Shown here piece after piece: positions 56,892 to 64,000 of a DNA stretch of 64,000 nt. The notes beneath the pieces were generated by a model. The model worked only from the letters and a program-made list of their open reading frames with translations. It searched no databases and was not told the origin of the DNA. Position 1 is the first letter of the stretch; each line of letters begins with the position of its first letter. A program made the position numbers and the translations under genes. The stretch covers positions 15,125 through 79,124 of the forward strand of contig CAYJSE010000002.1 of assembly GCA_964372765.1 (NCBI GenBank), read 5' to 3'. Source of the stretch: an uncultured Planctomycetia bacterium. Its GTDB lineage: Bacteria > Omnitrophota > Gorgyraeia > 2-02-FULL-51-18 > CAYJSE01.

Positions 56892-58331
56892 ATGAAAACC
56901 ATCTTTGAAAAACATTCTGAAAGTCATGCCTCGGTTCTTCCGAACCCCCGGCAATCGGAAGATAAAATTCTAAATCTTATCCCGTCCCAATACCGGCGCA
57001 AAACCGATCCCGGGCTTTCTTCGCTTTCAGAACTGGACGTGGTACGGCACTTCACAACCCTCTCACGCAAAAACTACTCGGTGGACGGAAATTTTTATCC
57101 CTTAGGTTCCTGCACGATGAAATACAATCCGAAAGTGCTGGACAACATCGCGGCAATGCCGGCATTTTCCCAGCTTCATCCGTATCAACCGGAAGAGGAA
57201 ATACAAGCGGCGCTCGAGGTTTTGTACCGGATGCAATTTTTCTTGTCCGAGATCACCGGCATGGATGAGTTTACGCTGCAACCCGCGGCCGGCGCGCACG
57301 GAGAATTTTGCGGTCTCTTAATCGTCCGCGCGTATCACCATTCCAAAAAAGAGAAAAAGACGAAAGTGCTGGTGCCGGATTCGGCGCACGGCACGAACCC
57401 CGCGTCGGCAGCGCTCTGTGGTTATGACGTCGTCCAGGTCAAAACCGACACGACCGGTCATGTGGACATGGGGGACTTGAGGGCCAAGCTGGACAAAGAG
57501 GTGGCCTGTTTTATGATGACCAATCCCAGCACACTCGGGTTCTTTGAGAAAGATATCCTGGAGATCGCCAAAGCCGTGCACGCCGTGGACGGTCTCGTCT
57601 ACTATGACGGTGCCAACATGAACGCGCTTTTAGGCATCGCGCGGCCGGGCGATATGGGTTTTGACATCGTACATCTCAATCTCCATAAAACATTTGCCGT
57701 GCCGCACGGCTCCGGCGGGCCGGGCTCGGGCCCTGTGGGTGTCAAAAAAAACCTCATTCCGTTTTTACCAAAGCCCCGGATCGTTCAAAAAGACAAGGCG
57801 TACGGCTTGGACGAAAGCTCAGGAATGTCCATCGGCAAACTACGCTCCTTTTACGGAAACTTCGGAGCCGTGATCCGATCCTACGGCTACATTTTGGCGC
57901 TCGGCAAAGAAGGTTTGAAAGCGGTTTCCGAAAACGCGATTCTGAACGCCAACTATTTAAAGACACGGCTCGGGGGCGCTTTTGAGATTCCCTACGGCGG
58001 ATTTTGCATGCATGAGTTTGTGATGTCAGCGGCGCGGCAAAAAGCCAAAGGTGTCAAGGCGCTGGACATCGCCAAGCGGCTTTTGGATTTTGGAATGTAC
58101 GCGCCGACGATTTATTTTCCGCTTGTGGTCGAGGAGGCGATGATGGTGGAGCCGACGGAGACGGAGTCCAAAGAGATGCTCGATATTTTTGTGGACGCGC
58201 TTCTCAAGATCAACGAGGAGATCGAGAAAAATCCTCAAATCGTGCTCGATGCCCCGCACACGACACCGGTGAGCCGCATCGACGAAGTCCGTGCCGCCCG
58301 CCAACCCAATCTCCGCTACAAAGCTTCATGA
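56892..58331 (+). CDS. gcvPB: glycine dehydrogenase (decarboxylating) subunit 2 GcvPB
   Basis: The PLP-lysine region NLHKTFAVPHGSGGPG. Confidence 0.9.
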   Translation: MKTIFEKHSESHASVLPNPRQSEDKILNLIPSQYRRKTDPGLSSLSELDVVRHFTTLSRKNYSVDGNFYPLGSCTMKYNPKVLDNIAAMPAFSQLHPYQPEEEIQAALEVLYRMQFFLSEITGMDEFTLQPAAGAHGEFCGLLIVRAYHHSKKEKKTKVLVPDSAHGTNPASAALCGYDVVQVKTDTTGHVDMGDLRAKLDKEVACFMMTNPSTLGFFEKDILEIAKAVHAVDGLVYYDGANMNALLGIARPGDMGFDIVHLNLHKTFAVPHGSGGPGSGPVGVKKNLIPFLPKPRIVQKDKAYGLDESSGMSIGKLRSFYGNFGAVIRSYGYILALGKEGLKAVSENAILNANYLKTRLGGAFEIPYGGFCMHEFVMSAARQKAKGVKALDIAKRLLDFGMYAPTIYFPLVVEEAMMVEPTETESKEMLDIFVDALLKINEEIEKNPQIVLDAPHTTPVSRIDEVRAARQPNLRYKAS

Positions 58332-58960
58332 AAAAATTAGAGTCGTCTATGATACTTGACAACAACCCGAATGCACATAAGACAAAGTTTAAATTAATTA
58401 TCGATAGTCCACAATCGGCCGAGGAAAATATGGCTGCCGATCGGCGACTTTTGGAAGAGCAGAAGCGCTCGGACGCTTTGCCGGTTTTGCGTTTTTACCA
58501 GTGGGTGCGGCCTTCGGTTTCGATCGGGTATTTTCAGGATCTGGATAAAATCCGCGCTCAGTTCGGTGACTGCTATGAGATCGTCAAGCGTCCGACGGGT
58601 GGGGGGCTCGTGTTTCATGGGGAGGATCTCACGTTTTCGATCGTGGCGAAAGAATCCCATCCTTTGTTTCGCGGCGGCTTAAAGGATTCCTATTTGAAGG
58701 TGAATGAGATTCTTTGGCGCGCTTTGAAGGAAATATTTCCGGGGCTCGATTTTTTTGACTGCAAGAACCTGCCGTCCGGACGCGCTACCCTCGAGCGCGT
58801 CTGCTTCGACCAGCCCGCCTGCTACGATTTAATGCTGGATGGAAAAAAAGTGGTGGGGGCCAGTCAGCGGCGCAGCGGCGGAGCGGCGCTCTATCAATCG
58901 TCTATTTTTCTAAACGCGGACCGGGAGATTCTGGTTTCAAAAATCGTCGCTGAATTTTAA
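58328..58960 (+). CDS. lipoate/octanoate-protein ligase family catalytic domain protein (BPL/LPL)
   Basis: A BPL/LPL core (KRPTGGGLVFHGEDLTFS), immediately downstream of the lipoyl-dependent gcv genes. Confidence 0.6.
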   Translation: MKKLESSMILDNNPNAHKTKFKLIIDSPQSAEENMAADRRLLEEQKRSDALPVLRFYQWVRPSVSIGYFQDLDKIRAQFGDCYEIVKRPTGGGLVFHGEDLTFSIVAKESHPLFRGGLKDSYLKVNEILWRALKEIFPGLDFFDCKNLPSGRATLERVCFDQPACYDLMLDGKKVVGASQRRSGGAALYQSSIFLNADREILVSKIVAEF

Positions 58961-58962
58961 AA

Positions 58963-59118
58963 TCACTGATTTTTATTTTTAGAATACGGTTTTGTTTTTT
59001 CTTTTTTTTCGTAACACTCGGGGCAGTTGTAGAGCGGGCGGGCCAGTGTGCGATCGTAGCCGGTATTGACGACGACGCGGCGCACTTCTTTCGTTTCTTT
59101 CCCGCAGGTGTCGCAGCG
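58963..59118 (-). CDS. 51-aa zinc-ribbon protein (MRCDTCGKETKEV...LYNCPECYEKKE), convergent with gcv operon
   Basis: CxxC...CxxC with a Lys-rich tail. The ORF-track version (87 aa) starts further upstream; the ATG at 59118 gives the zinc-ribbon core. Confidence 0.4.
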   Translation of the reverse strand, partial: RCDTCGKETKEVRRVVVNTGYDRTLARPLYNCPECYEKKEKTKPYSKNKNQ

Positions 59119-59204
59119 CATGGAAACTATGTTACCATAGCGCTTGACTTTGAAAAATAAGAAACGTAAGATGATCGTGGCGATTTTAGCCAAGGAGAAT
59201 GTGA

Positions 59205-59819
59205 ATGATGGAAGGTAACGGCACAACGGCGTTAGCGACGTGGCCTACGAGTCCTTTGGCGACGACCCAACAGCCGCTTTTGGTTCCTAAAAAAATGTTC
59301 TTCACCAAAGGCGCCGGCACGCACAAGCACGAGCTGCGCAGTTTCGAGCTGGCGCTTCGCGACGCGGGCATCGAGAAATGCAACATCGTTCACGTGTCGA
59401 GTATTTTTCCTCCGAGCTGCGAGCTGATTTCCAAAAACGAAGGCATCAAATATATTTACCCCGGCATGATCACGTTTGCCGTCACGGCGCGGCTGTCCTC
59501 CAACGAGGCGCATCGCCTGATCGCGTCCTCGATCGGATGCGCGATCCCGGCTGAGTCGACCACCTACGGATACTTGAGCGAGTACTACGCGTATGGCCAG
59601 ACCGAGAAAGAAGCGGGCGATACGGCCGAAGATTTGGCCGCCGCGATGCTGGCCTCGACGCTCGGTATCGATATCGATGAAGATAAAAGCTGGGACGAGA
59701 AGGAAGAGTTTTACCGCATTTCCGACAAAATCGTCAAGACAACCAACGTCACACAATCGGCGGTCGTCGATAAGGCGGGGTACACCACGGTAGTGGCGGC
59801 TGGTGTTTTCATCTTCTAA
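59205..59819 (+). CDS. pdaD: pyruvoyl-dependent arginine decarboxylase (PvlArgDC/PdaD family)
   Basis: [44 protein letters not shown] matches the PvlArgDC core as recalled, including the Ser-Ser self-cleavage context. Confidence 0.55.
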   Translation: MMEGNGTTALATWPTSPLATTQQPLLVPKKMFFTKGAGTHKHELRSFELALRDAGIEKCNIVHVSSIFPPSCELISKNEGIKYIYPGMITFAVTARLSSNEAHRLIASSIGCAIPAESTTYGYLSEYYAYGQTEKEAGDTAEDLAAAMLASTLGIDIDEDKSWDEKEEFYRISDKIVKTTNVTQSAVVDKAGYTTVVAAGVFIF

Positions 59820-61218
59820 AAAAACCCTCGAAGACTTTCTCTTCCTTTTACCGCTGGCCTTTTTTTATTTTCTTTACGGCTTGGGACGAGGCAGTCTGGC
59901 CAGTTGGGACGAGGGCATCTACGCGACGGTCGCCAAAGAGATCGTTCAGTCCGGCGACTGGCTGCGCCTGACCTACCAAGGCGGTCTTTGGTTCGACAAG
60001 CCGCCGTTGCCTATCTGGGCCACCGCGTTTTTTTACAAGTGGCTGGGTGTGGACGAGTTTTCCACGCGGCTTTTTTCCAGTCTCTGCGGCGCCGGCGCTG
60101 TTTTCACCACGTACTTCATCGGCACGAAACTTTTTAATCGCTGGGTGGGTTTTTTAGGCGCGTCGGTGCTTTTAAGCTCCACGCATTTTTTCCGCTTCGC
60201 GCGTTTTGGCATGATGGACGCGCCGCTGACGTTTTTTCTTTCCTTAAGTCTTTTATTTTTTTGGATGGGACGCGAGAAAAACCGCTATTTTTTATTCTCC
60301 GGTGTGGCGCTCGGTTTGGCGTTTCTCTGCAAGGGCTTCGCCGCTTTTTTTGTTTTACCAGTGGTGTGGATTTACTGTGTCTGGGCTGGGGAGTTTTGGA
60401 TTTTGAACCGGTCCACCTACTGGTTTGGAATCCTGGTTGCGGCGGCGCTGGCGCTTCCCTGGAATCTGTACGAACTTTTCAACTACCGGGATCAGTTTAT
60501 GAGCGGCGTCGTAGTGAAGCATCTATTTTTACGCACGACGCAAGCCCTGGAAGGACACGTCGGGAATTACTATTTCTACATCCGGACCATCATCAATAAA
60601 TACCATCCGTGGATTCTCGTGGGAATCGTTTCGGCGCCGTATTTTCTGTATCGCGCGATCCGTCGCCGAGAAGCGCCGTTTATTTTTTTAAGCTGCTGGA
60701 TGTTCGTGATCTTTGGTATCATCACGCTTGTGCAAACCAAACTGCCCTGGTACGTGATCCCGACGTACCCGGCGCTGTCTGTCAGCGTGGGTTACATCCT
60801 GGCTAAGCTATTCACGGAGCGCTACACGGCTTTTGTGCGAATCGCGTTTGTCGTGACGTACCTCTTGCATGTGCCGTATTCGCGTCTTTACGAGCACGAT
60901 TACAGCCGGCCTCTGAAGGGCATCGCGCCGGTGGTGACGCAAAAGGTGCCCGCGGGGGAGCCGGTGTATCTTTACAATTACCATGAGTCGCCGGCGGCGG
61001 GATTTTATTTTGACCGGAGGATTTCCTATGTCGACGATCCGGCGGCGCTTGAAAAGGAAGCCGGCGCTTACGAGCGGTTTTACCTTTTGGTGCGGGACGA
61101 CGGCTACGACGCCGTGAAGCGCCTCGTCGGGCCGCTCAAATTGACGGAAGAGGGTCGTTTCGAGAACATTCGTTTTTTGATGAAGAAAGGCCGGGCTTCA
61201 TCTATAATGAAGGCCTAA
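59803..61218 (+). CDS. GT39/GT83-type polyprenyl-phosphate-sugar-dependent glycosyltransferase (ArnT/PMT-like)
   Basis: Multi-TM, with an N-terminal DE motif loop (ASWDEGIYA) and FDKPPL. Confidence 0.7.
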   Translation: MFSSSKKTLEDFLFLLPLAFFYFLYGLGRGSLASWDEGIYATVAKEIVQSGDWLRLTYQGGLWFDKPPLPIWATAFFYKWLGVDEFSTRLFSSLCGAGAVFTTYFIGTKLFNRWVGFLGASVLLSSTHFFRFARFGMMDAPLTFFLSLSLLFFWMGREKNRYFLFSGVALGLAFLCKGFAAFFVLPVVWIYCVWAGEFWILNRSTYWFGILVAAALALPWNLYELFNYRDQFMSGVVVKHLFLRTTQALEGHVGNYYFYIRTIINKYHPWILVGIVSAPYFLYRAIRRREAPFIFLSCWMFVIFGIITLVQTKLPWYVIPTYPALSVSVGYILAKLFTERYTAFVRIAFVVTYLLHVPYSRLYEHDYSRPLKGIAPVVTQKVPAGEPVYLYNYHESPAAGFYFDRRISYVDDPAALEKEAGAYERFYLLVRDDGYDAVKRLVGPLKLTEEGRFENIRFLMKKGRASSIMKA

Positions 61219-61228
61219 GGCTCATACA

Positions 61229-61882
61229 ATGAAAAAGAAGCCCCTCCGCAAAAAAATAGGCAAGTCTCCGAAAAAAGCTCTTAAGAGAGCCATTCCAAAG
61301 CGTAAACCCAAGATTAGCAAAGCTTCTCCGCCGCCGAAGAAACCGGCGCTTTCGCTTGAGTTCCGGACGCCCAGGGAGTGGCGCCGCACGGATTTTGGTT
61401 TGCCGGCCGATTACGGCAAAGACCGCCTGACGCTTTTGGTGCGTGACCCCTGGTGGATCTTCGCCTACTGGGAAGTGACGCCGCGCCGTGAGGAAGAGGT
61501 TTGGAATCTGGTGCGCTCCCGGGGTTCGCGGGGCGGGCAAAAGGTGTTGAGAGTTTACGACGTGACGGACGGGGATATTTCAAGATCCCGCCATTTTTTT
61601 GATATCGAGGTTCAGGACTCTTTGGGCAACTGGTATGTGGAAGTGGGCGCGCCCGACCGCGCGTGGGTGGCGGAGATCGGGGTGCGCACGGATCGCGGAT
61701 TTTTCGCGTTTGTGCGGTCCAACGTGGTGCGCACGCCGCGATTTGGCGTGTCGGACGTCGTCGACGAAGAATGGATGATCCCCGACGAGCTATGGCAGAA
61801 GATTTATGGACTCCAGGGTGATTTAAGGAAAGGTTCGAGTCTCCTCGTTCAAAATCTCGCGAGTTCTTCTCGAAACATTTAA
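61229..61882 (+). CDS. DUF4912-domain protein with lysine-rich N-terminus
   Basis: WWIFAYWEV and VEVG core. This family is commonly found next to GH57 glucan branching enzymes. Confidence 0.55.
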   Translation: MKKKPLRKKIGKSPKKALKRAIPKRKPKISKASPPPKKPALSLEFRTPREWRRTDFGLPADYGKDRLTLLVRDPWWIFAYWEVTPRREEEVWNLVRSRGSRGGQKVLRVYDVTDGDISRSRHFFDIEVQDSLGNWYVEVGAPDRAWVAEIGVRTDRGFFAFVRSNVVRTPRFGVSDVVDEEWMIPDELWQKIYGLQGDLRKGSSLLVQNLASSSRNI

Positions 61883-61889
61883 GGAATCC

Positions 61890-63476
61890 ATGGAAAAAGG
61901 CTACCTGTCGATCGTCTTGCACGCGCATCTTCCGTACATCCGTCACCCCGAGCATGAAAAATTTCTTGAGGAAGAGTGGTTCTTTGAGGCGCTCACCGAG
62001 ACCTATATTCCTCTCTTGAAAGCGTTTCAGGCGCTCGTGCGCGACGGCGTGGATTTCCGCGTCACGATGTCGCTAACGCCTACGCTTCTTTCGATGCTCA
62101 CGGATCCTTTTTTGAAACAGCGCTACATCCGGCATTTGGACCACCTGATCGAGCTCTCGCGCCGGGAAATTGAACGCACGCGCGGGGACTCGGAGTTTCA
62201 GAATCTTGCCCAGATGTACCACGATTTATTTTGCGAAGCGCGTTCAATTTTTTGCGACCGTTATGGCACGGATCTTGTGCGGGCGTTTCGGGAGCTGGCG
62301 GACGCGGGGAAGCTGGAGATCATCACGTGCGGCGCCACGCATGGGTTTTTGCCGCTGGTCGAGATTCATGAAGAGGCGTTGCGGGCGCAGGTGCAGGCGG
62401 CGGTCAAAACCCATGAACGCATCCTGGGCCGTCGTCCGCGCGGGATCTGGCTGCCGGAGTGCGGTTACCATCCGCGGCTGGATGCTGTTTTAAAAGAGGC
62501 CGGGATACAGTTTTTTATCGTAGATACGCACGGGATTTTATTTGCCAGCCCACGGCCCAAGTACGGCGTGTTCGCGCCCGTCTACACGAGAAACGGCATC
62601 GCGGCGTTTGGGCGCGATATGGAATCTTCGAAGAGCGTGTGGAGCGCGGAGGAAGGGTATCCGGGGGACACCACGTACCGGGAGTTTTATCGCGACATCG
62701 GGTATGATTTGGACTACGACTACGTGCGTCCTTATCTCAACGGAGATGGCAAGCGCAAAAACACCGGCATTAAATATTACCGCATCACGGGGACCAGCAA
62801 TCACAAAGAACCCTATTCGCCGGAAGCCGCGCGTCAAAGGGCGGCCGAGCACGCCGGGAACTTTATGTTTAACCGTCAAAAGCAGGCGGAGTATCTGTCG
62901 GAATTTTTGGACCGTCCGCCGATCATCGTGTCGCCGTACGACGCGGAACTGTACGGTCACTGGTGGTTTGAGGGGCCGATGTGGCTGGAACAGCTTTTCA
63001 GGAAAATCCATTTTGACCAAGACACGATCAAGACGATCACGCCGATGGGGTATCTCGAGAAAATTCCGCGCAATCAGGTGGTGAATCTATCGATGTCCAG
63101 CTGGGGGTATAAAGGCTACGCCGAGGTGTGGCTCGAGGGTTCCAATGACTGGGTTTACCGGCATCTGCACGCGGCGAGTGAACGGATGATCGAAGCGGCT
63201 AACCGCTACTCTTTTCCGGGAGACCTGGAGCGGAGGGTTTTGAACCAAATGGCGCGTGAGCTTTTGCTCGCCCAATCGAGCGACTGGGTGTTTATCCTGA
63301 AAACCGGCACGCACAAATCGTACGCGGTGAAGCGCACCGTGGATCACGTGGAGCGTTTCACAAAACTTTGGTCGGGTCTCGCCGAGAATCGTATAGACAC
63401 GGATTATTTGGGCGGTGTAGAATCGACGGACAATCTTTTTCCGGATATCGACTACCGAATCTATCAGTCAAAATAA
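61890..63476 (+). CDS. GH57-family 1,4-alpha-glucan branching enzyme
   Basis: YLSIVLHAHLPYIRHPE, and catalytic region motifs of the GH57/DUF1957 family. Confidence 0.8.
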   Translation: MEKGYLSIVLHAHLPYIRHPEHEKFLEEEWFFEALTETYIPLLKAFQALVRDGVDFRVTMSLTPTLLSMLTDPFLKQRYIRHLDHLIELSRREIERTRGDSEFQNLAQMYHDLFCEARSIFCDRYGTDLVRAFRELADAGKLEIITCGATHGFLPLVEIHEEALRAQVQAAVKTHERILGRRPRGIWLPECGYHPRLDAVLKEAGIQFFIVDTHGILFASPRPKYGVFAPVYTRNGIAAFGRDMESSKSVWSAEEGYPGDTTYREFYRDIGYDLDYDYVRPYLNGDGKRKNTGIKYYRITGTSNHKEPYSPEAARQRAAEHAGNFMFNRQKQAEYLSEFLDRPPIIVSPYDAELYGHWWFEGPMWLEQLFRKIHFDQDTIKTITPMGYLEKIPRNQVVNLSMSSWGYKGYAEVWLEGSNDWVYRHLHAASERMIEAANRYSFPGDLERRVLNQMARELLLAQSSDWVFILKTGTHKSYAVKRTVDHVERFTKLWSGLAENRIDTDYLGGVESTDNLFPDIDYRIYQSK

Positions 63477-63490
63477 AAAATGGAGGAAGC

Positions 63491-63811
63491 ATGAAGCGCG
63501 GTAAATTTTTGACATTGGGTCTAGTTTTTTTCGCGGTCGCGTTGACCGGCTGTGCCACCGGACGCAACTACTCCACCGACATTGACGCTTTGAACGGGCG
63601 CATCTCGGCGCTGGAGGGTCAGTTGACTGATAAGAACGCCGAACTTTTGCGTCTCCAAGCCGATATGGGCTCCCAGTCCTCGGAGCTGGACGCCGCGCGC
63701 CGCGACAAAGCGGAACTTCAAGCGCGCCTCGATTCTATGATGTCACAGCTCGAATCCAAGACCCTGCCGAAACCTGCCGCGACCCCTGCCGTCGAATCCG
63801 ATTTGAAGTAA
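63491..63811 (+). CDS. coiled-coil lipoprotein
   Basis: Signal peptide with lipobox LTGC, then a heptad-repeat coiled coil. The start is the ATG at 63491 behind the SD GGAGGAAG. Confidence 0.55.
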   Translation: MKRGKFLTLGLVFFAVALTGCATGRNYSTDIDALNGRISALEGQLTDKNAELLRLQADMGSQSSELDAARRDKAELQARLDSMMSQLESKTLPKPAATPAVESDLK

Positions 63812-64000
63812 TGAAAACCCGGATCGAAAAGGACTCCATCGGCACGCACGAGATCCCGGACGAGGTTTATTACGGGATTCAGACCGTGCGTGCTTTGGAA
63901 AACTTTCCGATCAGCGGTTTAAGGGCCCATCCGCGTTTTATAGATTCGTACATTTACGTCAAAAAGGCGGCCGCGCTGGCGAACGGCCGATTGGGTGTTT
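63811..64000 (+). CDS. aspA: aspartate ammonia-lyase/fumarase class II family, 5' fragment (AspA-like)
   Basis: KDSIGTHEIPDEVYYGIQTVRALENF matches the AspA/FumC N-terminus; YYG..T.RA..NF favours AspA. The gene runs off the window end. Confidence 0.6.
   Translation, partial: MKTRIEKDSIGTHEIPDEVYYGIQTVRALENFPISGLRAHPRFIDSYIYVKKAAALANGRLGV

Overview
This 64 kb window is a compact chromosomal segment of roughly 55-60% GC from a diderm (Gram-negative-type) bacterium. Nearly all genes are on the + strand, and many are translationally coupled through 1-4 nt start/stop overlaps.

The content is mostly housekeeping:
- a truncated PilO/GspM-like gene, a TPR protein and a periplasmic cyclophilin
- miaB, a SPOR-domain protein and miaA, then hflX
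- a heat-shock operon hrcA-grpE-dnaK-dnaJ carrying a textbook CIRCE operator
- accD, an orphan sugar-type ABC ATPase and two tandem GAF-GGDEF cyclases
- a ROK glucokinase, lptD, and an H+/Na+-pyrophosphatase
- a nucleotide-sugar/glycan cluster with rmlABD, rmlC, two UDP-sugar dehydrogenases, a UXS-like and a Gmd-like SDR, and GT2s
- mgtE, mscS and dedA
- a MarR-TolC-RND efflux locus with no adaptor gene
- thrH, xth, glnA, a PAP2 phosphatase and two tandem ROK regulators
- a contiguous bioBFAD - gcvT-gcvH-gcvPA-gcvPB - lipoate ligase block
- a pyruvoyl-type arginine decarboxylase, a GT39, and a DUF4912 + GH57 glucan-branching pair

The non-routine material is:
- a ~2.6 kb low-GC island (about 2360-4990) carrying a vapBC cassette and a tightly coupled three-gene module: a TIGR04255-like protein, a HicB-fold protein and a HicA-like protein. 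This is my best candidate for an undescribed TA/defence-type system.
- a three-copy intergenic repeat with 10-11 bp terminal inverted repeats and an internal GGGGCGCCCC palindrome, MITE-like, at 1732, 6918 and 7900
- a brnTA toxin-antitoxin pair inserted between dnaK and dnaJ
- an 86-nt four-helix closed-junction structure with its own consensus sigma70 promoter in the bioB leader. No biotin riboswitch is known, so this is a candidate cis-regulatory RNA.

I saw no tRNA, rRNA, CRISPR array, integrase or transposase.
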